A stretch of 64,000 nucleotides of DNA from Gammaproteobacteria bacterium (GCA_965238225.1 OZ250183.1:1056001-1120000); one strand, 5' to 3'. Shown: positions 1-10,730, counted from the stretch's first letter. Program-made: numbers and translations. Notes: a model not told the origin generated them from the sequence alone.

Positions 1-96
1 ATGCGCCATCTTGCCTGTTTGATTCGCGAGACATAAATTATGCCAGTGCTCTTTTTGCCACGGAAATGGTTTCATGAATGTGCATTCAAATGTCAT
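1..96 (-). CDS. holB: DNA polymerase III delta' subunit, N-terminal part (runs off window edge)
   Basis: Minus-strand translation MTFECTFMKPFPWQKEHWHNLCLANQTGKMAH matches the HolB N-terminus (PWQ...AH); directly downstream of tmk as usual; start at 96 or 75. Confidence 0.8.
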   Translation of the reverse strand, partial: MTFECTFMKPFPWQKEHWHNLCLANQTGKMAH

Positions 97-753
97 TCAA
101 CTTACGTTAATTAAACCTTGTTCGAGCAAAACTTCTAGGATTGATGATTGAACGGTTTCTAAGGGTTGTTCGGCATTAATAATTTTAACTCGATCTGGAT
201 CATCTTGCGCAATTTTTAAGTAAGTCTTTCGCGCACTCTGGAAAAAATTTATAGTTTCAATTTCAAAACGATCAATTTCGCCTCTAGCTTTGCTGCGAGA
301 TAATCCGGTTTCTACAGATAGATCCAGCAATAAAGTAAGGTCAGGTCTAAACCCTGATAATTCTCCAGAAAATAACCATGTCTCCAGCTTTTTAATTTTT
401 TCATTAGAGATTCCTCGCCCACCACCTTGATAGGCATAACTTGAATCAATAAACCTGTCGCAAATTACAATCTTAGCGGCAATCATCGCTGGCAAAATAA
501 CCTTTTGCACATGTTCTGCTCTGGCTGAAAACATTAAAAGCAATTCTGTCTCTTTTGACATTTTTTCCGAGTTTTTTTTAAGTAAAAGATCGCGTATACC
601 CTCACCTAAAGGTGTTCCGCCTGGTTCATGTGTTGACGACACTTCTTTGCCTGCTTGTTGTAATTTTTTAGAAATAAAGTCCATGTGACTACTCTTTCCA
701 GCACCATCGATGCCTTCTAATGTAATCAAATAACCTTTTTTTGATGCGTTCAT
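97..753 (-). CDS. tmk: Thymidylate kinase
   Basis: ITLEGIDGAGKS P-loop, HEPGGT and CDRFIDSSYAYQG motifs. Confidence 0.97.
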   Translation of the reverse strand: MNASKKGYLITLEGIDGAGKSSHMDFISKKLQQAGKEVSSTHEPGGTPLGEGIRDLLLKKNSEKMSKETELLLMFSARAEHVQKVILPAMIAAKIVICDRFIDSSYAYQGGGRGISNEKIKKLETWLFSGELSGFRPDLTLLLDLSVETGLSRSKARGEIDRFEIETINFFQSARKTYLKIAQDDPDRVKIINAEQPLETVQSSILEVLLEQGLINVS

Positions 754-759
754 GAAAGA

Positions 760-1782
760 TTATCTATCTAATTGATATTTGCCTACAGCACGGTTGTGCT
801 CTTTAAGGGTTTGTGAAAAATAATGCGTTCCATCTTTTTTTGCTACGAAATATAAGGATACTCCATCCTGAGGATGTAATGCTGCATGTATTGCCTCAGC
901 ACCAGGCAATGCGATCGGAGTTGGCGGCAATCCTGCATAAAGGTAGGTATTATACAGCGAAGCTATCTTTAAATCTTTGCGTCGTATATTGCCATTGTAA
1001 TCATCACCCATGGCGTAAATGACCGTAGGATCTGTTTGTAATCTCATCTTCTTTTGCAACCTTCTAACAAATACACCGGCTATTTGGGCGCGTTCATCTG
1101 TAACCGCAGTCTCTTTTTCAATAATGGAAGCCATGATTAATGCTTCATCAGCGGTCTTGTAGGGTAAATCTTTTTCCCTTTGTTGCCATTCTTCATTTAG
1201 AACACTTATCATTTTTTCATATGCTCGTTGCAAATATTCTACATCTGTCATGCCATAGGGGAAGTGATAGGTATCAGGAAAAAAACGACCTTCCGGATGC
1301 ACGCCAGCATAACCTATTGCTGACATAACAGTTTTACTATCGGTGTCACGTAAGGTCTTTACAAGTATTTTATTATTACTTACCGCGTGTATTGCTTGCC
1401 TGTACGACCAACCTTCTATCAAGGCTAAGGTATGTTGTATGACCTCACCCGACACAAATTTATTTAACAGTTGTCGTTGTGTTATTTTTGAATCCAAGCG
1501 GTACTCTCCTGCCTTGAGTCTTGATGCGCTACTATGCAATCTGGCTTCTAACGTAAAATAATAAGGATTATTTAATATCTCCTTTTGCGTTAAATCCTGT
1601 ACAATTTGTTGCAGACTCATTCTCGGTTTAATTGTATAAATCAGAGGGGTGTTTGCTTTAATCTTAATAGGAAAATCTAACTGCGTTTGCATATCAGACC
1701 AGACCCAGTATGTCGTTACTCCTCCTGCAACGAACAATAAAACAAGCAATGCCGTAATTATTTTTTTATTAGTATGAGTCAT
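760..1782 (-). CDS. mltG: Endolytic murein transglycosylase MltG (YceG)
   Basis: N-terminal TM, EGRFFPDTY, ASIIEKET, LQTDPTVIY, GLPPTPI motifs; pabC-mltG-tmk order. Confidence 0.96.
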   Translation of the reverse strand: MTHTNKKIITALLVLLFVAGGVTTYWVWSDMQTQLDFPIKIKANTPLIYTIKPRMSLQQIVQDLTQKEILNNPYYFTLEARLHSSASRLKAGEYRLDSKITQRQLLNKFVSGEVIQHTLALIEGWSYRQAIHAVSNNKILVKTLRDTDSKTVMSAIGYAGVHPEGRFFPDTYHFPYGMTDVEYLQRAYEKMISVLNEEWQQREKDLPYKTADEALIMASIIEKETAVTDERAQIAGVFVRRLQKKMRLQTDPTVIYAMGDDYNGNIRRKDLKIASLYNTYLYAGLPPTPIALPGAEAIHAALHPQDGVSLYFVAKKDGTHYFSQTLKEHNRAVGKYQLDR

Positions 1783-1798
1783 GGTAGCAAGGCACGCT

Positions 1799-2620
1799 TT
1801 AAACAGGCGCGATAATCTTTTTTGAGATCAGAAATTTATTAATTTCATTGGCAGCAAGTTGTGAATGGAATCTATTATTTCCCAATTGTTTAACAGGCAT
1901 AATGCCTGCGATGCTGTTACAAAAAAATATTTCACTAGCAGAACAAACATCTTTCAATGATAATTTTCTTATTTCACTTGTGTAAGATAATTCTGTCGAG
2001 TGGTTTAATATGTATTGCCGAATAATACCTCGAATACCGCAGAGAGAAAGATCTGGTGTGATTAATTTTTTATCAGGAAAAACTATAAATAGATTGCTCA
2101 TAGTGCCTTCAATAACATTGTCATCAATATCCATCATCAATCCTTCGCTTGTATCAGTATCATCCCATTCATTGCGAGCTAATACCTGCTCCAGCCTGTT
2201 TAAATGTTTTATGCCTGCAAGTTTAGGGCTGTGCCCTAACTTATTAGAGCACAGAAAGACATGTATTCCTTGTGTTGAATAATTGTCTGGATATTTTGGC
2301 CAAGGGTATATTGTTAGCAATCGCGTAGGTTTTAACTCTAGACTACTTCTTTTATAACCTCTATCTCCTACCCCACTGGTAATGATAATCTTTAGAACAG
2401 CTCGATCAATATTTTTACAAATAGAAATAATTTCTGATTCAAGAATTTCTACATCATTGAAATCCAGCTTTAATTCCACGCATCCTGATAACAGTCGTTG
2501 AAGATGCTTGCTTAAGCAAAGCGGTTGTTCATTGATGACTGCAATTGTCTCGAACAGACCATCGCCATAATGTAAGCCTCTATCTAAAACATTCAGTCCA
2601 TCTATGTTTTTCCCATTCAA
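1799..2620 (-). CDS. pabC: Aminodeoxychorismate lyase
   Basis: DRGLHYGDGLFET, KHLNRLEQV, EGTMSN class IV PLP motifs; start uncertain (TTG 2620 or ATA 2629). Confidence 0.93.
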   Translation of the reverse strand: MNGKNIDGLNVLDRGLHYGDGLFETIAVINEQPLCLSKHLQRLLSGCVELKLDFNDVEILESEIISICKNIDRAVLKIIITSGVGDRGYKRSSLELKPTRLLTIYPWPKYPDNYSTQGIHVFLCSNKLGHSPKLAGIKHLNRLEQVLARNEWDDTDTSEGLMMDIDDNVIEGTMSNLFIVFPDKKLITPDLSLCGIRGIIRQYILNHSTELSYTSEIRKLSLKDVCSASEIFFCNSIAGIMPVKQLGNNRFHSQLAANEINKFLISKKIIAPV

Positions 2621-2656
2621 GAGAAATATGGTGATTGCTTGTGTAATTTGAATTAG

Positions 2657-3898
2657 TTACTCAGTTCGTCCGAATATCAGTGTGCCATTAGTCCCACCAA
2701 ACCCGAATGAGTTTGACAAAACAATATTGATTTTCATTTGTCGTGCTTCATGTGGCACAAAGTCCAAGTCACACCTTGGGTCAGGGTTATCTAGGTTAAT
2801 TGTTGGCGGCGCAATACAATCACGTAAAGCGAGTACAGAAAAAATAGCTTCTACACCACCTGCTGCACCCAGCAAGTGACCTATCATAGATTTGCTTGAA
2901 CTTACAGCAAGTTTGGCTGGTTTGGCACCAAATATTTTTTTTAGTGCACGTGTTTCTGCAATGTCGCCTGCAGGCGTAGAAGTCCCGTGGGCATTGATAT
3001 AATCAATTTGTTCTGGATTAAGCTCAGCATTATTTAGTGCATTTTTCATACAACGCGCAGCACCGTCACCGTCTTTTGATGGTGCAGTCATATGATACGC
3101 ATCACCACTCATGCCATAACCAAGCATCTCTGCGTAGATATTTGCCTCGCGCTTCTTTGCATGCTCATACTCTTCCAGCACCATCACGCCTGCACCATCG
3201 CCGAGTACAAACCCATCTCTATCTCTATCCCATGGCCGACTGGCGGCTTCCGGAGCATCATTGCGTGTCGATAATGCCTTTGCCGAGGCAAAGCTGGCCA
3301 AACATGTCTCTGAACTTGCCATTTCTGCACCACCTGCAACCATGATATCGGCATCTCCATATTCAATTAGCCTAGCCGCATCGCCAATATTGTGCGTTCC
3401 CGATGTACATGCTGTAACGATAGCAAAATTAGGACCCTTAATTCCATATTTGATGGAAAGATTGCCCGATATCATATTGATAATAACACTGGGCATAAAG
3501 AATGGAGAAATCTTACTAGGTCCTTTATTTAAAAATTGTTTGGTGCATTTTTCAATGCCGGCTAGACCTCCAATCCCCGATCCAATAGCAACACCAATTC
3601 TATGTGCATTTTCCTCGGTAATCTCCAAGCCAGAATCTTCAATGGCATGACTCCCTGCGACCATCCCATAATGGATAAATGGAGTCATTTTTTTTATATC
3701 TTTACGGGGGATATATTGAGCTGCATCAAAATTTTTGAGGAACCCGCCAATACGCACAGAAAACTCAGATGTGTCAAAACGATCGATGAGACCAATGCCA
3801 CTGACACCATTTTGAATATTGCCCCAAGTCTCTTTGACGCTATTGCCAACAGGCGTTAAAAGCCCAAGGCCAGTAACTACCACACGCCTTTTACTCAA
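2657..3898 (-). CDS. fabF: 3-oxoacyl-ACP synthase II
   Basis: [15 protein letters not shown] (Cys), [24 protein letters not shown]. Confidence 0.97.
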   Translation of the reverse strand: MSKRRVVVTGLGLLTPVGNSVKETWGNIQNGVSGIGLIDRFDTSEFSVRIGGFLKNFDAAQYIPRKDIKKMTPFIHYGMVAGSHAIEDSGLEITEENAHRIGVAIGSGIGGLAGIEKCTKQFLNKGPSKISPFFMPSVIINMISGNLSIKYGIKGPNFAIVTACTSGTHNIGDAARLIEYGDADIMVAGGAEMASSETCLASFASAKALSTRNDAPEAASRPWDRDRDGFVLGDGAGVMVLEEYEHAKKREANIYAEMLGYGMSGDAYHMTAPSKDGDGAARCMKNALNNAELNPEQIDYINAHGTSTPAGDIAETRALKKIFGAKPAKLAVSSSKSMIGHLLGAAGGVEAIFSVLALRDCIAPPTINLDNPDPRCDLDFVPHEARQMKINIVLSNSFGFGGTNGTLIFGRTE

Positions 3899-3976
3899 TC
3901 TCTTTAATCCTTGTTGCTTTACAAACCATGTTACATATAACAGTAATTCTATTACTACATTTACCTCTCATAACAG

Positions 3977-4011
3977 AAAAAGGCCGCATCATTCTTTCTG
4001 ATGCAGCCTTT
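3977..4011 (-). terminator. Rho-independent terminator after acpP
   Basis: Minus strand AAAGGCTGCATC-loop-GATGCGGCCTTTTT stem-loop with T tract. Confidence 0.75.
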
Positions 4012-4032
4012 CATGCCATGTAGCAAATGGCT

Positions 4033-4269
4033 TTACTCCATATGCGCATTGATGTAATCAATCGCAAGCTGAATTGATGTAATCTTCTCTGCTGCTTCAT
4101 CGGGAATTTCCGTCTTAAACTCTTCTTCAAGAGCCATAACCAGCTCGACTGTATCCAACGAATCTGCGCCTAAATCATCTATAAAAGAAGCTTCATTCGT
4201 TACTTCATCTTCTTTGACTCCCAGCTGTTCTACAGTAATTTTTTTAACGCGTTCTTCAACACTACTCAT
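4033..4269 (-). CDS. acpP: Acyl carrier protein
   Basis: [12 protein letters not shown] phosphopantetheine motif; ATG at 4269 ([10 protein letters not shown]) preceded by GAGGA. Confidence 0.98.
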   Translation of the reverse strand: MSSVEERVKKITVEQLGVKEDEVTNEASFIDDLGADSLDTVELVMALEEEFKTEIPDEAAEKITSIQLAIDYINAHME

Positions 4270-4428
4270 GATGGAATTATCCTCCTTAACGACCAAGCCG
4301 GCCGAACAGCGGGTCTAGTTTAGTGAAATACAGGTAACTTTCAACCCAGATATTGTAATAAATAATCTTTTTCTTTTCTAATCAAAAAGATAGTTTAATT
4401 ACTTAATGATTTAAATATTGAATAATAG

Positions 4429-5172
4429 TTATCCCATATACATACCACCGTTCACGTTGATTGTTTCTCCTGTGATATAAGCTGCGTCATCTGATGCCAA
4501 AAAACTGACTGTTGCAGCAATTTCATCTGCCTTACCCAGTCGATTCAGTGCTATTTGCTTGAGCAATGATTCCTTTTGTTTGCCCTCCACAGCACCGGTC
4601 ATATCTGTTTCTATAAATCCAGGTGCGACTGCATTGACAGTAACCCCGCGTGAACCAATCTCTTTGGCCAAAGATCGCGTAAAACCTATCATTCCCGCCT
4701 TTGATGCCGCATAATTCGTTTGTCCGGGATTTCCAGACATAGCAACTACTGAGGTGATATTAATAATTCTTCCTGATCGTGCCTTTAACATGCCACGCAG
4801 GCACATTTTTGTGGTTTGGTAAATGGCATTTAGATTGGTATTAATAACATCTTCCCATTCCTCATTTTTCATACGTATCAGGAGATTATCCTTAGCGATT
4901 CCTGCGTTATTGACCAATATATCTGGGACATAAGCGGTTTTTTTTAAGGTATTCTTAAACTCATTAATGGAGGAATTGTCTGCAACATCTAAAACATAGG
5001 CGCTACCTTTCAAACCATTATCAGTAAATATTTTTTTTATGGATTCAACGCCATTTTTTGAGGTGGCGGTACCAATAACATGAGCTCCAGCCTTGCCTAA
5101 TGCCAACGCAATAGATTGACCAATGCCTCGGCTTGCACCCGTTACCAGCGCAGTTTTTCCTTCAAGTTTCAC
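4429..5172 (-). CDS. fabG: 3-oxoacyl-ACP reductase
   Basis: TGASRGIG, NNAGI, YAASK SDR motifs; GTG start. Confidence 0.97.
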   Translation of the reverse strand: MKLEGKTALVTGASRGIGQSIALALGKAGAHVIGTATSKNGVESIKKIFTDNGLKGSAYVLDVADNSSINEFKNTLKKTAYVPDILVNNAGIAKDNLLIRMKNEEWEDVINTNLNAIYQTTKMCLRGMLKARSGRIINITSVVAMSGNPGQTNYAASKAGMIGFTRSLAKEIGSRGVTVNAVAPGFIETDMTGAVEGKQKESLLKQIALNRLGKADEIAATVSFLASDDAAYITGETINVNGGMYMG

Positions 5173-5191
5173 TATTTGATCCTCATGCTAA

Positions 5192-6124
5192 TCACTTCAA
5201 TTTCATCAGAGTTTTTTCCAATGATGCTAAGTCAAAAATTGGAAAACTATCGAGGTTCCGATCAATCCTCTTAATCAAACCACTCAACACCTTGCCCGGA
5301 CCGCACTCAATGATAATCTTGATGTTTTTTGTAACCATTTTCTGAATGGTTTCAAGCCAGAGAACTGGTTTGCAAAGCTGATCTTGAAGTATCAATTTTA
5401 TCTCACGTACATCATGTCGTTCAGCAGCATCAACATTATGCAAAACCGGAATATCAGGCTGCTTAAAATCAATTGTATCCATATATTTTGCAAATTTATT
5501 TGCTGCTTTTTCCATGAGTGCGCAGTGAGAAGGCACACTCACTGGCAAGATAACTGATCGCTTAGCCCCTTGTGTTTTTGCTAAACAAACAGCACGTTGA
5601 ACGGCTTCTTTATGTCCTGAGATGACTACTTGCTCGGAAGAATTATAATTTGCTGCAGAAACTATTTGCCCTTTTGCAGCTTGCTTACATATTGCTTCAA
5701 TTTGATCGTTTGTAAGACCCAAAATCGCCGCCATGCTACCAGTTCCTTCTGCAACAGCGTCTTGCATATATGCTCCTCTGCAAGCAACCAATTTGATGGC
5801 ATCGGTAAAATTGAGAACGCCCGAACAGACCAATGCCGAGTATTCGCCCAGACTATGTCCAGCCAATATGACTGGTTTGTCTTGAGATAATTCATTCCAA
5901 ATACGCCATGTGGCAATACTGCTTGCCAGTAGCGCTGGCTGAGTTTTTATTGTTTGATTGAGTTTGGCTTCAGGACCTTGTTGTACGAGCTGCCATAAAT
6001 CATAGCCAAGCACATCAGAAGCTTCTGTAAATGTAGATTTAACCGTTTGATAGGAAACGGCCAATTCGGCCATCATGCCTAATGATTGAGAACCTTGTCC
6101 GGGAAATACAAAAGCAATGGTCAT
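5192..6124 (-). CDS. fabD: Malonyl-CoA:ACP transacylase
   Basis: AFVFPGQGSQ, GHSLGEY, SVPSH; likely start MTIAF at 6124. Confidence 0.97.
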   Translation of the reverse strand: MTIAFVFPGQGSQSLGMMAELAVSYQTVKSTFTEASDVLGYDLWQLVQQGPEAKLNQTIKTQPALLASSIATWRIWNELSQDKPVILAGHSLGEYSALVCSGVLNFTDAIKLVACRGAYMQDAVAEGTGSMAAILGLTNDQIEAICKQAAKGQIVSAANYNSSEQVVISGHKEAVQRAVCLAKTQGAKRSVILPVSVPSHCALMEKAANKFAKYMDTIDFKQPDIPVLHNVDAAERHDVREIKLILQDQLCKPVLWLETIQKMVTKNIKIIIECGPGKVLSGLIKRIDRNLDSFPIFDLASLEKTLMKLK

Positions 6125-6227
6125 ATTGTATAAGTATAATAAAGTTAAAAATATTATCTCAGATAGCAAGTCATTTTTTTAATTAGCACCTTCATTTATT
6201 ATATCTGCTGCACCGGTTTTATTTAAG

Positions 6228-7196
6228 TTAATAATCCAGCAGCGCTGAACCCCAGGTCAATCCACTTCCAAAGGCTTCAAGCAATAACTTGTCACCGCGT
6301 TGTATTCTTCCATCTTTGATTGCTACATCTAACGCTAATGGTATTGATGCTGCTGAGGTATTACCATGTTCACCCACTGTTAAGACAACCTTATCCATAG
6401 ACATATCGAGTTTTTTTGCCATCGCTGAAATGATCCTTATATTGGCCTGATGAGGCACCAGCCAATCTATATCTTTTTCCTCAAGATTATTTGCTGCCAG
6501 AGTTTCATCAGCGACCTTGCCTAAGGTATTCACAGCTATTTTAAATATTTCATTGCCCTGCATCTGTATATAGGTATTGCCATCTTTGAGTGATGCATAA
6601 TTTGAAGAAATGCCTGTAGGAACTTTCAGCAAGTCCTTATATTGACCGTTGGCATGCAGAACAGTCGAAATGATTCCAGGCTGGAGGTTCGCCTCCAATA
6701 CAACAGCACCTGCACCATCGCCAAATAGCACACAGGTATCCCTGTCTGTCCAATCAATGATCTTGGATAAGGTTTCAGCACCAACTACTAGGACTTTCAC
6801 GGCGCTATCTGTTTTTATAAATTTGTCGGCGATACTAAGTGCGTAAATAAAACCTGCACATACTGCTTGCACATCAAAGGCAGCTCCACCGCTTATGCCC
6901 AAACGCTCTTGTAATAAACAGGCGCTGCTGGGGAAAACGAGATCAGGGGTAGTTGTTGCAAAAATGATTAAATCAATTTCATCTGCATTTATTGAAGCAG
7001 TTTGCATAGCAAGCTGTGCTGCATGTTCGGCAAGATCGCAAGTGGTTTCATGCTCAGCAGCAATATGCCTCCTGTGAATACCCGTTCTATTTTTAATCCA
7101 TTCATCGGAAGTATCTATCATTCGCTCTAGTTCGGCGTTTTCCATAATACGCTCTGGTAGATAGCTGCCTACGCCTGCAATCTTTGAATAAATCAA
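6228..7196 (-). CDS. fabH: 3-oxoacyl-ACP synthase III
   Basis: AVCAGF, LFGDGAGA, PHQANIRI, GNTSAAS. Confidence 0.97.
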   Translation of the reverse strand: MIYSKIAGVGSYLPERIMENAELERMIDTSDEWIKNRTGIHRRHIAAEHETTCDLAEHAAQLAMQTASINADEIDLIIFATTTPDLVFPSSACLLQERLGISGGAAFDVQAVCAGFIYALSIADKFIKTDSAVKVLVVGAETLSKIIDWTDRDTCVLFGDGAGAVVLEANLQPGIISTVLHANGQYKDLLKVPTGISSNYASLKDGNTYIQMQGNEIFKIAVNTLGKVADETLAANNLEEKDIDWLVPHQANIRIISAMAKKLDMSMDKVVLTVGEHGNTSAASIPLALDVAIKDGRIQRGDKLLLEAFGSGLTWGSALLDY

Positions 7197-8215
7197 ATTG
7201 GTTCGCGCTCCGTCAGTAATTCTTCAAGTCTGGCATTAATCTTTTCCGGGACATTTTTCTTAACCTCGGCAATGGCTTCTTCAATGGCATGCGCAAAAGA
7301 TATCTTATCAGCACTGCCATGGCTTTTTATAACAATCCCTCTAAGCCCTAATAAGCTTGCACCATTATAACGTCTGGGATCAAGTTTGTGTTGAATGCCT
7401 TTGAATATTGGCATGGTTATCAAAGCCGCCAATCTGCCATAGAAAGACTTCTGGAATGTATTTTTTATATGTTGACTTATGAATTCTGCTACACCTTCAC
7501 TTGCTTTTAGTGCAATGTTACCAACAAATCCATCACACACAATGACATCAAATTTTCCGCTATATATATCTGTGCCTTCGGCAAATCCAACATAGTTAAG
7601 ATGGCTGTCAGATAGAAATGTTGCTGCAAGTTTAATACGATCATTGCCTTTCATTTTTTCAGAGCCAATGTTTAATAATGCAACAGTTGGGCTATTAATA
7701 TCCTTGGTAGCACTGGATAATTCTGTACCCATTACTGCAAACTGCAATAGCTGTTCAGCACTTGAATCAACATTTGCGCCTAAATCAAGTAAATACGTTT
7801 CACCGTCCAATGCTGGCATGACAGAACAAATGGCGGGGCGGTCAATTCCCGGCAGCATTTTCAGAACAAATCTAGATATGGCCATTAAGGCACCTGTATT
7901 TCCAGCACTGACGCAGGCTTGCGCCTCGCCTTCATGAACCATGTTGATAGCAATCCGCATTGATGAATTTTTTTTATTACGCAATGCCTTGGAGGGTTGT
8001 TCATGCATCTCTACTACTTCAGGCGCATGCTTAATACTTAGTTGCTTGTTCGATGTGGCATTATTTTCCAAGAGTGTTTGTAGCAGAATTTCGTCTCGCC
8101 CAACAAGGATAAGATGCAGGTTGCTATACCTATCCAATACACTGAGTGCGGCGGGAATAATCTCGGCTGATCCGTGATCACCGCTCATGGCATCTAACGC
8201 TATGGTGACTTCCAA
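7193..8215 (-). CDS. plsX: Phosphate acyltransferase PlsX
   Basis: IALDAMSGD, SAGNTGA, DLGAN, CDGFVGN, KSHGSA. Confidence 0.96.
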   Translation of the reverse strand: MEVTIALDAMSGDHGSAEIIPAALSVLDRYSNLHLILVGRDEILLQTLLENNATSNKQLSIKHAPEVVEMHEQPSKALRNKKNSSMRIAINMVHEGEAQACVSAGNTGALMAISRFVLKMLPGIDRPAICSVMPALDGETYLLDLGANVDSSAEQLLQFAVMGTELSSATKDINSPTVALLNIGSEKMKGNDRIKLAATFLSDSHLNYVGFAEGTDIYSGKFDVIVCDGFVGNIALKASEGVAEFISQHIKNTFQKSFYGRLAALITMPIFKGIQHKLDPRRYNGASLLGLRGIVIKSHGSADKISFAHAIEEAIAEVKKNVPEKINARLEELLTEREPI

Positions 8216-8340
8216 AATAACCTCACTGGTGTGGAAAATATATCCTGTCCAATCAATAATTCAGACAGATAGAATTTAAAAATGATAATAAACTGAGAAG
8301 TTGACAGAAATTGATAGTCTAAAATTTAATCAATCTAGAT

Positions 8341-8520
8341 CTAAATTTCTTTATTTTCTACGACTTTATTGCCGCGGTAGTAACCGTCTGCGCTAACATG
8401 ATGACGCCTGTGTGTTTCACCTGTATTTGGTTCAATAGACAATGTTGCTAGATTAAGCTTGTCGTGGGAACGCCTCATACCACGACGTGAAACAGATTTT
8501 TTACTTTTTTGAACAGCCAT
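8341..8520 (-). CDS. rpmF: 50S ribosomal protein L32 (59 aa, not in ORF track)
   Basis: Hand translation [20 protein letters not shown]...[21 protein letters not shown]; AGGAG RBS upstream. Confidence 0.97.
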   Translation of the reverse strand: MAVQKSKKSVSRRGMRRSHDKLNLATLSIEPNTGETHRRHHVSADGYYRGNKVVENKEI

Positions 8521-8537
8521 GGCTGATTTTCTCCTAA

Positions 8538-8995
8538 CTAGTTACTTAATTTTAATTTTTCTAACTCAACAAAACGATTTTTGTCCTTAATTGCTCAGAT
8601 TTAAATTTGTTTGCTTTTTCTGCATTCCTGTTTTTCACGCGGCAAGTTCTCATGCAGTGAAACATAAGGACATCGCCAGCAACAATTCATCACATGGCGC
8701 AAACCCAGCCGGTAGATTTTCTGCCTCTACTGCAGAGGTTCCATACAACGCTGGCAAACCTGAGGCAGTGTCGTTTACACATGCCCAGCCATACTAAGAA
8801 ATCGATTTTTGTTACCCCTGTTAAAGTTTAAATCTAGAAAGTTTTAATATAGAGAACTCAAGCCTGAAGCGTACTTGAGCCTTAAAACCGCCTTCTAATA
8901 ACGCATTTATGTGATCAAATTGGCGCGAATTATAGCACCTGAGAATTTTTTGCCCATTTTTGCGAGTCGCATCGGGTTGATTGTTATTTGGTAGC
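8538..8995 (-). pseudogene. yceD: Eroded YceD (DUF177, 23S rRNA accumulation protein)
   Basis: Fragments in different frames: INPMRLAKMGKKFSG, GHV*TTLPQVCQRCMEPLQ*, EAENLPAGF..DELLLAM, KNRFVELEKLK; canonical position upstream of rpmF. Confidence 0.85.
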
Positions 8996-9006
8996 CCAGC
9001 CGGCGA

Positions 9007-9035
9007 AGTGTATCGACACGGGGTGTAGCTGTCAA
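9007..9035 (-). promoter_or_regulatory. Sigma70 promoter of the yceD-rpmF-plsX-fab operon with GC-rich discriminator
   Basis: TTGACA-17nt-TACACT followed by TCGCCGG. Confidence 0.65.
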
Positions 9036-9061
9036 AATTTCATAGTTTTCTAACTAAGCCA

Positions 9062-9091
9062 TTGACCTGATGAGCATTTATCAGCTTTAAT
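9062..9091 (+). promoter_or_regulatory. Putative sigma70 promoter of maf
   Basis: TTGACC-18nt-TTTAAT just upstream of ATG 9104. Confidence 0.4.
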
Positions 9092-9103
9092 CAGAGTTTA
9101 CTT

Positions 9104-9703
9104 ATGAACCTCAAGGGGAAAATTCCTATCAATCTTATCTTGGCATCATCATCTCCCTACCGCTCCTTACTCTTACAAAGGCTGGCAATCCCCTTCAAGC
9201 GTGTATCGCCAGACATAGATGAGTCACAACTTAAAGGTGAAACGCCAAGAGACTTGGTGTTGAGACTGGCAGAAATGAAAGCTGTTGCAGTTGCCTCAGC
9301 ACACCCAAGGTCGCTGATTATTGGTTCTGATCAGCTTGCCATTTCCGGTGATGAAATTTTAAACAAACCGGATAATTATAAAAATGCGAAGATACAATTA
9401 AACAAGCTGAGTAACGAATCAATTGTATTTCTCACTGGTCTTTGCGTGATTAATACAGCGAATGACAAGAGACAAAAAGACTGCATTAGCTATACCGTAC
9501 ATTTTCGTCATCTAACAGAAGGTGAGATAGAGCGCTATCTTCTTCAGGAAAAACCCTATGATTGCGCAGGCAGTTTTAAGTCTGAAGCTTACGGGGTCTC
9601 TTTAGTCCAAAAGATGGAAGGAGACGATCCGACAAGCCTGATTGGTTTGCCGCTTATTAGACTGTCTCAGATGTTAAGGAATGAAGCGCTAAATATTCCT
9701 TAA
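9104..9703 (+). CDS. yceF: Maf family nucleotide pyrophosphatase (YceF-like)
   Basis: LILASSSPYR, IDES, IIGSDQ, CAGSFKSE, LIGLPL. Confidence 0.92.
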   Translation: MNLKGKIPINLILASSSPYRSLLLQRLAIPFKRVSPDIDESQLKGETPRDLVLRLAEMKAVAVASAHPRSLIIGSDQLAISGDEILNKPDNYKNAKIQLNKLSNESIVFLTGLCVINTANDKRQKDCISYTVHFRHLTEGEIERYLLQEKPYDCAGSFKSEAYGVSLVQKMEGDDPTSLIGLPLIRLSQMLRNEALNIP

Positions 9704-9727
9704 AAATAGCTTTTGATGTATTTCACA

Positions 9728-10684
9728 TCATTTGAGCTCAAATGATGTCAGTATTGATTTCATCGAACTTGCAAATCTTGCGCCGATTTCATTTGCGAGC
9801 CGCTCCAAAACAGTATCTTGTCTGGTAAAGTTAACAATCTCTTCGACACCGATTATCTCTCTTGCAACATAACCAGGACTGCCAAGGGCATCAACAAGAC
9901 CCAATTCTACTGATTGTGCGCCAGTCCAGATCAGACCTGAAAAAATATTTTCATCATTGCTTAGTTTGTCGCCGCGCCCTTTTTTCACTACATCGATGAA
10001 TTGATGATGAATATCTGCGAGCAATGTTTTAACGTGCGCAACTTCTTTTGATTTCAGGGGAGAAAAAGGATCGAGAAATCCTTTGTCCTTGCCCGCGTGC
10101 AGTAATCGACGTTCAATACCAAGTTTCTCGATTGTATCAACAAAGCCAAAGCTGGATATTATGACACCTATTGAACCCACAATACTGGCCTTATCGGCAT
10201 AAATTCTATCTGCCGCTGCTGCGATATAATAACCACCCGAAGCACATACATCAGTAATCACAGAATAAAATGGTATGTCGGGGTATTTTCCCCGTAATCT
10301 GTATATCTCGTCATTCACATAACCGGACTGCACAGGGCTGCCGCCGGGGCTGTTGATCCGCAAAATAATGCCTGCGGTATTTTTATCCTCAAAGGCAGCG
10401 CGTAAGCCACTACTGATGTGGTCTGCATTGGCTGTCGATTCTGCTGAAATTATACCAGAGATATCGATCAAAGCGGTATGTTCTCCCCCTCCTACTGAGG
10501 TACCGTCCCAATCATATCCAACAAGATACGCTAATGTAAATACTGAAATATACACCACCACAAACAGCTTAAAAAAAACGCCCCACCGTCTTGCGCGACG
10601 TTGTTCTTTAATAGCTTCTGTTGCTATTTTGTTAACCAGCGCTTGTTCAAATTTTGACTGATTGTCGGCTTGTTGTTCGCTCAT
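9728..10684 (-). CDS. S49 family peptidase (SppA 36K type)
   Basis: LRINSPGGS, CASGGYYIA, VGSIGVI; N-terminal TM. Confidence 0.93.
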   Translation of the reverse strand: MSEQQADNQSKFEQALVNKIATEAIKEQRRARRWGVFFKLFVVVYISVFTLAYLVGYDWDGTSVGGGEHTALIDISGIISAESTANADHISSGLRAAFEDKNTAGIILRINSPGGSPVQSGYVNDEIYRLRGKYPDIPFYSVITDVCASGGYYIAAAADRIYADKASIVGSIGVIISSFGFVDTIEKLGIERRLLHAGKDKGFLDPFSPLKSKEVAHVKTLLADIHHQFIDVVKKGRGDKLSNDENIFSGLIWTGAQSVELGLVDALGSPGYVAREIIGVEEIVNFTRQDTVLERLANEIGARFASSMKSILTSFELK

Positions 10685-10730
10685 TATATTAATAATAACC
10701 TCTATTTATAATTTAATCATGCCAAATGCC

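Noticed and set aside
8929-8937. TGCTATAAT extended -10 as the rpmF operon promoter
   Set aside because: Lies within former yceD codons (GAII); a better -35/-10 pair is at 9007-9035
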